Notes: generated by a model not told the origin, from the sequence alone. A stretch of DNA of 49,837 bases, filler included, from Sphacelaria rigidula (GCA_964200075.2; 2 parts of 2 records of this genome joined end to end with filler, not necessarily neighbours in it); one strand, 5' to 3'; counted from the whole stretch's first letter, positions 1 to 14,700 are shown. Made by a program: numbers and translations.

Positions 1-867
1 CGATTACCACTATCGCTCGAGAGACTCGCATCATCGATGATACTAGCATGTACCCAATTTTCCATGTATGTTGTCCCGGAACACCGACAGCTGCGGAGAA
101 ATTTCGCCTCTTCTTGCTTTCTTGATGCGAGATCAATTACTCTCTGCCTCTCTGTTTGGACAAGACGCGCGTCTGTGCAGTGAAGAACACGTTGAAAAAC
201 ATGGCAATGTTCCCGTCACCGCTACTACTGTACTCTGTCACACACATGCCAGCATGGGTGGTACTGCGGCAATAACAACAGATAGATCAAAATTTGAACT
301 TGAGGGGTGTTATTTATCGTTGATCTGCTCCGACGTCCCCAAGTCGGGCAGGCGAGCAGAACAGCGTGCCACACGCCAGTTGAGGGGGGTTCTTGAGATC
401 GAACACTCTAGGGACCTCTTAGACATGCAGAGTGAAGAAATATACCTATGGTGGTGACTCAACTGTTGCTAGCGTGGCGCATGGGCAATCTGCAACACAC
501 ATACGGTAGTCGCGTGGACGGCTCGGTACAGCACGAGTAGCTTCCCATGAGTAATAATTATTCCGATGTCAGAAGGGCATGGATTATCACAACTAGGGAG
601 GAGAGACGAGAGTGCTCTACGATCAACCGCATGTCGTTGCATTCGAGATCGGTAGCAGTTGTTGTTAGTGATTATGATGATGATGGAGGCAGTGGTCGTG
701 TTGTTCGTGTTGTTATTGTTGTTGCCTGTAGTTGCGGGCAGCCATGCGTGCACACGTGATCATGAAACGAGTGCCGATGATAACGGAGTAGCAATGGTTC
801 TGCGAGCCGTTGTATTGCGTGAGAGAACCGCGTGCTTAGAGGACCGCATCGGAATATCAACAACCCT

Positions 868-913
868 ATGGTTAGGGTTAGGGTCGGTGTAGGTGTTGGG
901 GTTAGGGTCAGGG
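868..913 (+). repeat. Degenerate interstitial telomere-like (TTAGGG)n tract
   Basis: ggttagggttagggtcggtgtaggtgttggggttagggtcaggg. Confidence 0.7.
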
Positions 914-954
914 ACGTTGTACCTGCAGGGACTGACCCGATTGGTTTTGAAAAA

Positions 955-1112
955 TGTAATGACTCGAGCGCACGAGTCATGCTTGTTGTAAAAAAAAGTA
1001 ATGACTCAAGCGCACGAGTCATGCTGTAAAAAAGTAATAACTCGAGCGCACGAGTCATGCTCGTTGTGTTTTCGAAAAACATCAACGAGTGCACACGTCT
1101 CGACGAGTGATG
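955..1112. repeat. ~40-bp tandem repeat of a palindromic unit, 3 copies plus a degenerate copy
   Basis: AATGACTCGAGCGCACGAGTCATGC repeated; the unit contains the inverted pair ATGACTCG/CGAGTCAT. Confidence 0.85.
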
Positions 1113-2551
1113 GCTCGTCCGACGTATGAAACCTTCATTCCAGAGTGGGATGACCCAGCCGAGACCATTCCGCTCTCACCACCGGAAAACTCGATTGAGC
1201 TGGTCTGGCATGCATTGATATCTGTGAACATCGTCGTACAGTAAGTACCGTAGGTACGCGACTTTTGAATGTATCCGATAGAACCGAACTCAGGACGAGA
1301 TGTCTTTCAAACCAGCACGAGATCCCTACCCCTCCTACAGTGCCTGTGCAAATTCCTCCACTAGAAGCTAATCGCAATTTTGACCATTATCAACGTTCAA
1401 CATCCGTAGTCTTGGCGCTGGTGGGGAAAATGCAAATCCCCACCTCGTATGTCTTTTCTCATCATGAAATGAGTTCTTCTTGGTCTTACATATCATCTAC
1501 ACGTAGTGATCAAGAGTTGACGGCATTTTCGGTAGATCCAAGAGAAGAGCGCTGCTGTGAGAGTGGCTTTCGTCATTCACCTTAACTTGGCCATTTCCTC
1601 CTTCCCTTGCCGTGCCTACACCACAAGTGCTCACATAACACGTCAATACCCTGCTCAAGGACATGAAGTACTCCAGCGGCAAGCTACTGCAGAAAGCTTA
1701 CCAGGCCTCACGGAAGGATATTACGAAACCGAAGGGATATATTCACTAGTTGACCACTTCCTGTCTCAATCGTATCCTCTACTCTCAACCTCGAAAACAA
1801 TTGTAGTCATGCTCCGAAGACGTATGTAACTGAAACCACAATTTACGTTTACATCAAACATGATACCCACGCCATGAGGACGTTGAACGTTCACCTCAGG
1901 AACACGACGACATACCATGCGTGCACGACGCATGCTCATCAGGCGAACAGTATATACACGTCTGTCGACACAATTGGACGGGGATCCGAACTCTTCGCTC
2001 TCAGATTCACGATGTCTGCGGGCTTGATGAGAGGGGAGAAAAACAACCCGTCGAGGGCGAAGAGGGGAGAAAAATAACCCTCGAAATATGTGAGAGCGTC
2101 AAAGTCACCTACTCCCATCTGATTAGTCATTGCTGCAATGTCCAGGATTTCCTTGACGTGCTGTAATCTTTGCTCCCGTCTTCATAAATAATAATACGGG
2201 AGGCATTTTCTGCGCAGGGAGCTTCAACCTGCACTTCGACACATTCATGGCGACTCATCATCAGAAACATCCTCTTCATGAAAACCAGAAGTGAATGTTC
2301 AATTGGTAACAACCTCCAATGATACCGCGCTCACGCACAAGTATCGCAATTCTCATTTCTACGGAACGCATGCCCGGGTCAAAAATCACCACAGAGTATT
2401 CATCATCATCTCTCAAGAGGCACATCCTGACCAAACCAAGAAGTTATTTTTTACAGTGCAACACTACACGTGATGGTAACAAGAATTTCACCCCAAAAAA
2501 TGAACAAAAGCAATCAAAGTGAAGCATACTACACCACATTTTAGTCTAAAA

Positions 2552-2776
2552 TCATAAAGCCCACTCGAGATCTTTCGGTCGACTTTGCCGCACCGCTGCT
2601 CGCGCGTCCAGGAAGTAATCTTCGCCTAATGCTACGGTTACGGTCCCCGCCCCAACAGTCAAATCCAACGACGGCTTCGCCTCGTTTCGCAACCTGTCGT
2701 AGTCGAGCGACGACAACAGTTGCGATGCCACCGTCGGATCCACCCCGGCAGCGGAACACTTCACTTCGAGGGTGGC
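2552..2776 (-). CDS. IARS1: IleRS exon 24 (terminal)
   Basis: ATLEVK...LLSSLDY...VALGEDYFL...EWAL*; cag| acceptor, TGA stop. Confidence 0.85.
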   Translation of the reverse strand, partial: ATLEVKCSAAGVDPTVASQLLSSLDYDRLRNEAKPSLDLTVGAGTVTVALGEDYFLDARAAVRQSRPKDLEWAL

Positions 2777-5700
2777 CTGGACATTCGAGTGGTTGAGAAC
2801 ATCGGGAGTGTTTCGCGTTAGAGAAGGGGAGGGGTGGAAGCACGGCTCATGAAATTCGCCAGGCAGCAGATCCGGCACCATTACACTGAGAACTATTTCA
2901 CGGCCACCCTGCTTCGGCACTGGGTACTAACGGCGTTACAGTCAAACGAGAGATACATGGACCATTACTACTTCGATGCAACTCAAAAAGCTGGAGCAAA
3001 AAAAATAAAAACGTGTCGATGACGCAAATAGAAGCACTGCATCATATATGAAGAAGCACCATGTGAACTCACAGTTAAACGTGACGTTGCTCACCTTGTT
3101 GATCGACACGCATGGTCTGGTCAAGAAAGTGGTGAAATCCTCAACTCCAGACTCTTCCGTCACCGAAAAACTATCTCGCCCAACGGCTACCGCGTACGGA
3201 GGCATAAGAGACACAGGCAAGGGCAAGCACCGCACAGCATCCGCCACCAGAGCTGCGTTCGCCGCCACGGCTTTTTTCGCTGCTTTCCCTTTCGTATCGT
3301 CTTGGAAGAACACCTGTGGACAAGAAAGACGCGGATTGATTCGTCACGTTTTGCGGCCAAAATCACTATATTTTGGACGATGAAACCAACGTCCAGCGAG
3401 GGAAAAACTCATTTACGTAGTACGAGAAGTTATCTCACCTCCACGACCTCGCCGACTTGTAGACCAGCTTTTTTGCGCAGTTTCTGGATACGACTGACGA
3501 TCTCCCGTGACAGCTTTTGAGAGAGCAACTGCTCAAGGACACCACGAAAAAGGCGACGCACGTGACAATGTTTGTAATTGATCATGACGGAGGGAGTAGA
3601 GGAGTGGAGAGGAGGCCAGCTCGGAAATATCATGTCAACATATGATATCATACCAGGTGGCATGATTTGAACGGCCAGCCAAGAGTACTGCATCAAGCAG
3701 TGAAAAATAAATCACAGCGGCACACATGTGCGACGATCTTTCTCATCTCCTGTGAGGATGGTATTACTCCTGCTAGGATACGGCATACGTTTGAGTTTGG
3801 TTCTTTGTGAGGATTTTTTCAAGGATAACATGGAGCTCGTTGTACGGGGTTCACTCCATGTGACTTTCTCGGTCAATGAGGTATGTACCAAGAGGTGAAC
3901 AAAACATCATTCGCCAACCCTGTCGGGATACACGACCAAGAAAAAACAGTCATACATGTGAGCCATGTGCATCGCGTGGTGGTGCTTCCTCTGGCACTTT
4001 GACTCGGTCACCTTTTCGTCTTGCCGGGTGTCCAATACAACCATGAGTTTCCCATCCTCAGACACGGCCGCCTCGTACACTTCTTCATCCCCGTTGAACC
4101 CACGCTTCAGCATCAAGTCATCTCCTGCCAGCGTTTCCCCGCTCACTTCAATGCTGCCTCCCTGTTCCATGTACAAAACGTTCGTGTACACATGCAGGAG
4201 CGAGAGGAATGATGCCAAAATTTTGAAGTCGACTCTTGTGATGTATCACAGGTGAGGCGTCGACTCCAGTGGTTGTGTGAGCTCACGAGTGATATAAAAT
4301 CACTTGCTCCAAATGCAATGCGCCACAGTCATATCATGTGGTTACCTCCAGCAACGGCCACAGAGCGTCCGTACCAAGCTTGGCCAGCTCCTTCTTCACA
4401 CCACCGATCTTGCTGCCTAGCCGCTTGCCCAGCACCTTATTATTCGCCTCTGCCGTAAGCGTGCACCACGCCTTTTCGTCGGCTTCCAACTTCACCTGCT
4501 CCACCAAAATCCACGTGAGGTCGGCGTAACATCAGAAAAAGGAACCCAACACTGAAACAGCATGCGAGTCAGCAAACTGACGGTCATCAAAAAGCCGGTG
4601 GCTGTGGCGTGGCACCCTGGTGTACGAAACCTGCATGAAACCTGTTTCGCTCACAACATGTCTCTCACACTTTCTCAAATTTGGGCCAGAGGAAGTTGGC
4701 ACGGAGGAAGCGAAGCGTGGTACAATCGAAGTGTCGGACCGAAAACTGTGGGCAGACCGAATTACAGAGTACGCCCTCACCTCCCACGCATTTAGCTCCC
4801 CCTTCACATATAGCTGCAGCTTCTCGAGCGCTTGCAATGTGGTCCCATCCTTGCAAACGATAGTTACTCCTTTCACGGGAGTTTTGAGCGAAATACTGCG
4901 TTTGTCGCGAGCGTTCCGGCCGAGGTTGATGACCGTCTGCATCGAGCCCATGTCGGCTTCCGTTCGCTCGTCCACCCTGCATGAAACGTCATCGAAACAT
5001 GAGAGGGGATATATACCTCACCATCAGATCCTTACGGGAATAAAAAAAACATTAGTGTCATGGGACGGATTCAGGGAACACGAAATCATGGGCGACTCAT
5101 CGGGACGAAACGAAGAGTAAGTTATTACCTAGCCTCGTCGACGGGCGGGATCATCAGCATGTGTACCGAGCTGGCCCGACCGGGGGCATCTTCGGCGACG
5201 GACGTGCTATCTCGATCTGGGTGGCACTTCCGGAGGCTGAGGTATGTGTACTCCGAGAAGAACGGCGTGATAGGAGCCATCAGAACCGACATCGTTGTCA
5301 GCACTTCGTACATGCAGTATAGCCCTGGAAAAAAAATAACGCAGCAAAATCGAGTGTGGACATGATGCCTGATCGTGATCATGACTGTCTCATTTCATTC
5401 ATGTTCACGTCACCGTCGCCCTTTCGGGGTAATCCTCGGAATGACAGAAAAAGGTCTCGAGAATATTCTCATCCCTGTATATATCCCCTATATTACCTGA
5501 GTGTATTATTTCACCACAAAAATGGCCTGTTACGAGGAAAAAGCTCAATCTTTACATGTGTAGATCTCGGACGGCTTTGCTTCAAATTTCGACAGGTGAC
5601 CGTTATCAGCGGTTTTCCGCGTGTCACAGAAGTCATTTTGTGAGCAAATCTTCATCGACCTATATCACTCGAGTGATGAACTTCAATGCCTGAGGCGCCC

Positions 5701-8700
5701 ACGTGATCAACCCTCAGATCAGCGCAAAGATTGCTCTTTCGAAAGAGAACGGCATCACACGCAGGGTGGAGTTCAAGTTTGAGATTCTCACGGCGGGCGA
5801 CGGAAACGGAGCAGACACTTGGTCTCCCAGATCGGAAGGTCTCAGACGACTTTGCTACAAGTATCGACAGGTGACCGTTATCAGCGGTGTTCCGCGTGTC
5901 ACAGAAGTCATTTTTGTGGGCAAATCTTCACCGACCTCACGATTTACACGGTATGAACCAAGTCTGGCACCCAATATGAGTTCGGGACGGCCGAAGACAT
6001 CGCGTCATCTCCGGCCTCAAGAAAGTGAATATGTTGGATTCATGAATTTATACGAATATCTTCGTCCACACAGGCTCGGATTACCACGAGAACCGCAGTC
6101 AAAACTTCGCCGAACTTGCCCATCAGCGCAACACTTTGTAGTGAGATAGGGAGACACGCAGGTAAAGGAAAAGTCCGCCGCCTCCTTCACGAGCTACCGA
6201 CAAGCGGTAGAAATCACGTTTCCCAAATCAGCAGGTCTCAGACGGCTTTGCTTCAAGTTTCGACATGTGACCGTTATCAGCGGTGTTCCGCGTGTCACAG
6301 AAGTCATTATTGTGGGCAAATCTTCACCGACCTCACTATTTTCACGTCTCGAATCAGCATCACGTCGACGTTATGCGGGACGGCCGAACATGTTGGGTTT
6401 CACGAATATCTTCACGGCAGTACACGTGGACTCGAAGAACCCAAAAACGTCGACGTTACGCAGGACGGCCGAGCATGTTCGGTTTCACCAACAGATCCAT
6501 GGCAATGCACATGGACTCGAAAAGCCACAAAAACTGCTGTCAACACGACGGTACGGAAACACGAAATAGGTTGACCCTGACGTAGATCTCAGATGAATGT
6601 GCTCAATCTCTCGATAAGTAACCATCATCTGCGGTATTCCGCGTCGCATAAGTCAAAATTGTACGCAAATCTCGCCCGACCTTAAACTTCTTCATATCTC
6701 GCTCCTCATTTGTCTCACAGATCAAGAAGCAGATATTACTGAATTCCCTCACTTGCACACGTATATACTGGTAATGGAATGGACGTTCCCAGGAATCCAG
6801 GTCCCGGACGAATTTGCGTCGATTCCGCCATTACACCCTGGCTCGAAGAAACACGGCAACCGCTGTCATAACGGCGTTCCCCATGAAACGAAATAGGTTG
6901 ACCATGAGGTAGATCTCAGATGAATATGCTCGAACTCTCGACATGTGCCCGTTATCAGCGGTATTCCGCGTCGCAGAAGTCAAAATTGTACGCAAATCTT
7001 CACTGACCTTATATCCTTCCATCAGATCTCGTAACTCACTGACCTCAAATACATAATATCAACTCAAAACATGACAATAAATCCTCCCTCTCACGCGTCA
7101 ATACCGAGGATGGAATGGACGTTTCCAGAGAATTCACGTCTCAGGGTGAATTTGCGTCGATTCACCCGTCACATCCTGGCTCGAAGAACCACAAAAATCG
7201 CATTCATAACAGCGTTCCCCAAAAAAGAAATAGGTTGACCATGAGGTAGATCTCAGATGAATGTGCTCAAACTCTCGACATGTGCCCGTTATCAGCGGTA
7301 TTCCGCGTCGCAGAAGTCAAAATTGTACGCAAATCTTCACTGACCTTGAATATTTTCATCGAATGTCGTAACTGATTGACCCCAAGTACATAATTTGAGG
7401 ACATGCAATAAATCTTCCCTCTTGCACACGTGAATACTGGGGATGAAATGGACGTTTCCGAGAATTTACGTATCGGATGAATTTGCATCCATCCCCCTAT
7501 TACACCCTAGCTTGAAGTACACCACGAAATCGCTGTCAGAACGGCGTTGCTTAAGAAACGAAATAGATTGATCGTGAGGTAGATCTCAGATGAATGTGCT
7601 CGAACTCTCGACATGTGTCCGTTATCAGCGGTATTCCGCGTCGCAGAAGACAAAATTGTACGCAAATCTTCACTGACCTTGAATGTACCATCTCATCTCG
7701 CAACTCATCAACCTTGAAATATAATGTGAACGTAAGACATGACAATGAATCTCCCCCTCCCACCCGTAGATACTCAAGGTAGAGATGAAAGGAACGTTCC
7801 GAGAGTACGGGTCTGGGGACGAATATCACGGATTCCCTCGTACACCCGGGCTCGAAGCGTCGCAGTAGTCAAACTTGTACGCCAATCTATCAACCTTGAA
7901 TCCTTTCATGAAATCCCTCACCAACTAGCGTCCAAATTGATCAAAAAGACATGACACGACGTTGCCCTCCTCGCACTTGTGAATATATCAGTTGGAGATG
8001 GAAGGAACGTTTCAACAGCGTAGGAAGGTCTCAACGGATTTGCATGGATTCCGGACCTTGTCCAGCGTCACACGAGTCATTCCACGAAAAATCTCGAGTG
8101 ATATGGAACCCCATCAAGCACGATTGCACGTCATAGATCGGAACAGGATTACCAACATGGGATGAAAAGATGGAAAATGGGTTCACGACACGGTTGGAAA
8201 AACAGTTTGTTATACCTGTCGTCGCGCTCTCCGTGCCCTCCGCGCCCTTCAGTCGATTGCGGTTTAATCGAACATACCAGTTGGTGAGTTGCTCAATGAA
8301 TCCCACCAACCGCGGCACAACTGTGTACAGACGGTATGCCTTCATTTCGTTGTGCACGAACTATGTCAGGAACAAGGACACGAACGAGAGAAAGGAGGGA
8401 AGGCGGGCCGGCGATGATCGAGGAACCATGTACTTCATGACATGAGATAATTTGGCGACGACCTTCACTCGTCACATTTTCACGATCATTACTTTCCATC
8501 CATCAAAGGCTGGACCGGATCAGTAGCAAAGCATGACCGCGGGGACTTCACACATATGGGCGCGTTCCGAACAAGACATTCCAAAACTGTCAAGTATCCA
8601 TGGCACTACGCACAGGGTTGCCTGTTGCAGTACACTGCAGCCCATGGTAACACGACATTCCTCCCTGCCCCACACATGAAACGCACATGATACAACATCG

Positions 8701-11700
8701 AATCATGGCTTGGCTACAGGATATTCCAAGTCAAGGTTGGACGAGGAAAACAAATCCAAGAGTGAACAAAGTCAAAACGGTCTGATGAATCACTACACAC
8801 CTGCACGAGACCCTGCAGCGCCGTGAGGATCCAAGCATCCATCACGTTCGTCGACGCCGCAGCAGCCTGAGGGTTTGGCTCGAACTTCTTGCCGCAAGTC
8901 ATTTCCAGCCGACGAGCCTTCCGAGAAAGTGCCACACACATGTGCGGAAAACAACGGTTTTCGAACTTGTTGAAAACTTCAAAGACGAGATTGGTCAAAA
9001 GATGCCTGGGGGATATTGGCGATTCAACTGGCAACACACGTGGTGTTCAGGGGCGAGACTGGAAACTAGGTCACGCCGTCGAACGGTCGCGAGAGGGTAG
9101 GAGTAAAATTGAAGCACAACTACATGGGCTGTACCGGTGGAGATGCGACAGTTGTCATCAGAACACGGGATCCTCTCAAGCCAACAAGTCTGGGTGGAGG
9201 GTACGAGGAGGACTTGAGTCTGCTGCATCGAACAACTGTCAGAAAAAAAAAAAATCACGCCGGACGTCATAGATGTAAATATGTATCCCTGTTGATAACT
9301 GTACACATCTGAAGCAGTGAGTCATTCACGGAACAAGCTTCCGGGAACCAAACAAACCGAGCCGTCGCCGTATCTCGGCACTCGAACGTTCGAGTCCAAA
9401 GTCGGAAGCCGAGTCAGGCAGCAAAACGTCACACCTGCTGCACGAAGAACCGGAAGGCATTGAACCATGGCAGCAAAACGTCTCGGACGGTCGCCTGCAC
9501 TCCCTCTTCCTTGAACTTCAGCGTCTCCGCACGGACCACAGGAGAGTTGATGAGGTACAGTCGGAGCGCGTCCGCGCCATGCGCGTTGATGACGGTCATG
9601 GGATCTAGATCACAAAAAACAGCGTAACAGGGAAAAGGAGGAAGAAAATACACGAGCCCCACAATATTCGAGTCAGGAAACTGGTCCGTAGTCCACCTAC
9701 CCATTTCGTTATCCACGCCATTTATAGCGAGGTCTTCAGATGGGTTGCAGAAAATTCAAGACTCCCCTCAACTTCAAGGTAAAACTGTTCCAACTGCCAC
9801 GAAAGCCACCTCACGATAGGCTTTCCTATAACATCGATCAAGGAAAGAATTGCATGGGTATTTGAAATATCATCAGGATGTGTCATCACGCCGGGAACGA
9901 CGGGTGCCATTTTCACCTGGATAGTTTTTCAGCCTCTTGCTCATCTTCCGGCCATCTGCAGCAAGCACGAGGCCGTTGACGATGAGGTTCTTGTACGCGG
10001 GTTTGTCGAACAGTGCAGCGGCCAGCACTGTCAAGGTGTAGAACCACCCTCTCGTCTGCACAGGCGTGTCATCATTCACGTCACCGGACACGGGAAAGAT
10101 AAATCTCAACGAATTTTGACAACACCACCACACGGAGAGGCAGAACAAGCAGGTAAATCGAAACTGGCATCAATTTGTTGGGTATGAGTTTAGGCCACCT
10201 CATCAACACGTTCACACGCTTTCACGCACGAACGAATTATCATACGACAGAGGCTAACCTCGATCAACCGACCAACATGTTCAAGCGGTGCTGCCGCGGA
10301 GTATTGTGGCTCTGGTCGCCTCCGTACACACCTGGTCCAGACCCTCGGCCACGAAGTCCGCCGGGAAGTTCCGCTCAAATTTATCCTTGTTCTCGAAGGG
10401 GTAATGCAACTGCGCATACGGCATGGATCCAGACTCGAACCAGCAGTCGAACACCTGCAGCACCAAACCGCGCGACATATGCGAGAGAACCAAAAGAAAC
10501 AGGTCAGGCAAAGCAGTCGATAAAACGATTTCAACCTGGGCTTTCCTGCCGACATCGTGCGTTTGTCAACGATGAAAAAGCGCAGGTCATCTCAGCTCGG
10601 AGACATCCCAGGGATTAATCTTCAGGTTCGACCTCGTCAGGAAGAAATACTAGACTGCAGAGAGTCAGCTGATAAGCTCCCATCATGAAGGTTCGGATCC
10701 TCACCTCATCGACTCTCTTCAGGTCCCCTTTGCCTTCCTTGGAAGGAATCGTAATGTGGTCCACGGACTCCCGGTGAAGATCCGTCACCTGCAGGACACA
10801 CCGGAAACGTCTACAATTTAAGATGGGTGTAGAGCTTTGTTTTCGTGCTTACAACTGGCCCTTTCAACATCTCAGCGCATCGTTGTGCATGTGGTATGGT
10901 CAAAAGACCAGCGAATAGCTGGCTACACCCCGTTCATACTGTCAAACAAGGGTGCTGACGAGCAAAACTGCGGCAGAAAAATGGTGCACGAAGATATCAC
11001 TCGCGACGACGTTCTTGACAATTCCTGCTCGCCAGGACAATGTGACACATCGGGAAAAAAATCGTTTGAAGCAAAAACATCGACTGTTCCACGAAGGTTT
11101 TGCCCAATGTACGCGAGAAATGCCAGGACGTGGCAGAAATCGCACCCAGGGTCACACTCGATTAGAGAATCATTTCTGATTCGCTGCCCCATTCTTACAC
11201 AAGATCCAAAGTTAGATAAGCTCTGCAGAGTTTCATCTTCCTGTGTATTTCAGGTTTAGAAGGTTTCCTGACCTCCACACCAGAGAGTTCCTTGAGCTCA
11301 GCGATAGATCCCACGGCAACCATCTCCTCGCCATCCTCGCTGACCCACATGGGCATCGGTGTGCCCCAGAACCGGTTGCGAGACACAGCCCAATCCTTTG
11401 CACCTTCCAGCCTGCACATCATGAAGGGGAACATGTCGAAACAACAGGTAACAGCGCGAAAGTATATGGTTCTGTGTAAGGGCATGTTAAGTATTTTGTT
11501 AGGCAGCGTGACTCCATGTAGCTACGTCACCATGATGAAAGGCAGCAGATACCCCACGTTTCGCCGGACAAACGAAAATCATCAACAACCTTTGAACTTG
11601 TGCTCGCGAAAAGAGAAAATATCATGAATTCACGGAGGGGATTCGCATGATGACGGGAAAAAATTTCTCACCAGTTTTGGAATCGTTTCTCCTTCACGAA

Positions 11701-14700
11701 AGACGGGACCCAGTACGAGACTTCGTTGCACGCGAGGAGTCTGTCCCGGATGGACTCGACGGCCACGAACCACGATGGCACAGCCTTGTAGATCAGTGGT
11801 GTGTCGGATCGCCAGCAGAACGGGTAGCTGTCGTCACATGAGAATGAGGTGAGGAATGGCAGTTCACATGCATGTGATGCGATGTGAGATCAAGAACTGT
11901 CTCTACCGCGAGGTTTGAGCCGAGTGACTAGTATCTTAGGAAGCATGTTGCACAAGCGGTCTCGATACCCGGTCACGAAGAGGATGCATTCACCACGGGC
12001 ACCAAGACCCGACCATGATGTGATGGGTAAAGTCTCGGAACGAAAAGGGTCGTCGCTTTTCCCAAATACAGCACAAAGCAAGGTAGACTGGGTGTGTGAT
12101 GCTCCGAAAATACTCCTTTCTGCGTTCACAGCATTACTGAAGTAAAACCAGGTGTGCGATGCTCCGAAAACCCGAGCGCCAGAGGTGATTGTTGCGCCGA
12201 GTTCCATAACGTCACTTGTTTTATTTCGCTCCCGAGGCATAACATCAAAAATGTTGGGGGTTGAGCACGATTCATGAGGTCAATAGATCGTTCCCCCCCC
12301 CGCCCGAGCTGGAATATGAGTCGGAAAAATAACTCCGTACACTCCGCGGAAAACCAGCGCGTCTCCCATGCTAGAGATGATGTGAAATCAGCATGCACAC
12401 AAACGCTGGCAGAGCAACGCACCATCATTCGCAGTCGCCGGACCAAGCACTACCCCTGTGTGGCTCGCATCCAGATCCTCATAAATCAAAGCTCAAAAGA
12501 CTCTCGCACAACCACTCGCGTATCCTGACACGCACCTGTGCTTGTAGTTGTCCTTGGAGACCAGCCTGCCATTGCTCTTGATCTCCTCGCACAGAGCCTT
12601 GTCTGCCTCCTTCACATACTGCCCCGCGTACTTGCCCACCTCTGACGTGAAAAGCCTTCACTCGATTTGTCACACATCGTCACAATAAACTGCGGAGGTC
12701 AATGTTTCCATCAAATTTCATGAGGGTATCGAGACGACACCCACAGCACGCGGTAGTCAACCTGCACCGCATATTCCAGCTTTCAAGACTTCATGTTTAC
12801 ACAAACTGGGGGGGGGGTCCAACGTTTCACTATTTAGCGTGTGCTCACCCGTTCGAGTCCACTGGGCACGGGATATCTTCTCCCTTATCGATGACGCCAT
12901 GCGCCAGGCAGACCCGGTAATCATCCTCTCCGAACGCCGGTGCCTTGAGGGGTAAGAGAGCGAACGGATGACAGGTACAGGCAAGTATCATTGATCGTCT
13001 CGTTCGCGGATCGAATGACATGAACCATTAAACATGTTAGCTTAGTTTCTTGACGAGATGTGGAACGAATTTTCATCCAGTCACACGAGGTATCACGAGT
13101 GTTGACAATTTGGGAAAATGGCATCCTTTTATCCGGAGTTCCCTCAACATATGACATACTGGCTATGCCGGTACCAACATTCCGCACAGCAAGATCGTGG
13201 AAAAGACTCCGCTTTGATTTCGTACGAAGAACGCCCTGAGCAAATTAACCGCAGTGCAGACTGATGATATGTCGCGCTTTAGCTGACCCTTCCAGGGGTC
13301 CAACCACGGTCGCATAGTAGACGTACCTCAGAAAAGCAATACTGAAACCCCCCCTGATAAGAGCCGCTCAGCATGTTAATCCTATTATACGAGGGCAACA
13401 CGGGGAACAGTCAGAGAACCTACAGCCATTGGCTCTCATGATGAAGAATCAAGCCGTTTCCTTTGTGAAAGGTTTTCATCATCCTGTTCCCTGTCCCAGA
13501 GTTGTTTTCACCCAGCATCGCACGAATGGTTCAACTTCAACGTCCACAAATGCAGCGCATGGTGAACGGCACAGATGTCAAAAAACGGTCTGCCGTCCCT
13601 TCATGTACGGCGCCCGTGTCACAAGTCTACCAGTAGATCGGCGAATATGTTCAACTGCGGACGAACAGTTATTTGTGCGGGCTCTCGACTGCTGTATGGA
13701 AATTGGGGGACCACGTGAGCAGGAGGCCGAACTCATCCTCGTGTGCTCAACAGTGATCAAAATATGTTGAGGATAGCTCGATGATGCTTCGCCAAACTTG
13801 GGGCACAACGTTAGGCACATCCGAAACAGGAAGTCGCCCTTCGGCTGAGAGGATCCAGTATCTTACAGATATCAATAACGGCAACGGCAACGACGACAGC
13901 CAGAAGGATAAAGACACAAGCGAGAACGACGTTTACCTGGTGAACGATGCCCGTACCGCTGTCATTCGTCACGTAGCTGTCGGAACACACCACAAAAGAC
14001 GTGGCACGGTTGGCGTAGAAGTCGAACATCGGTTCGTACGCCATACCCACCATCGTCGAACCCTTGACCGTCTCCAGTTCTGGAACGTGGGCGCACGTAT
14101 GAAACGGTTCGGGAGCAATTAATCATCAGCGTTGTGATCATCTGATGGCGAATGTGACAAGAAAACGTCAACCGCACGAATGAACCAACAAATATGCGGC
14201 AGTCTACTCCATCTCACTCCCGAAAGTCACCAAATTAGGTTCGTCCTCCGGAGTATCAGTCTCCGATGCAGACGATTGTGTCGGGCACTCATCATGATGG
14301 GTAACAGACATGCGTGACACAATCGGTCCCAGAAGGACACCGACTGCGGACTCCGACGTTATAATGCACAGCTAAGGGGTCCACCGAATTCACCACTCAG
14401 AGCAAATTCCGATGTGCCCCAGGTTTGATGTTGTGACTGCTGGACCTGGGCAACGACGGGCTGTGCAGGCCCAAGTTCAAGATGAGCGAGTTTGATCAAG
14501 CATCCTCGCAAGCGGTATCCGGCCACGTTGTAAAATGGGAGTCCGCCTCGTCAACGTTTGGCAGGCTAGATTAACCACCAAAAATTTGGGGATAAAACCT
14601 TCTCAGGAATACGAACACAGCTAATGAGTGAAAAAAGAACAGCGCTCAGACATCCAAGGAAGATTGGTGCCCCAGGCTCAAACACAGCCCGGCTGGGCGT

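Noticed and set aside
5558-8060. CRISPR-like repeat/spacer reading of the intronic array
   Set aside because: Units are far too long and diverged, later linkers are homologous to each other, there are no cas genes, and it is a eukaryotic intron
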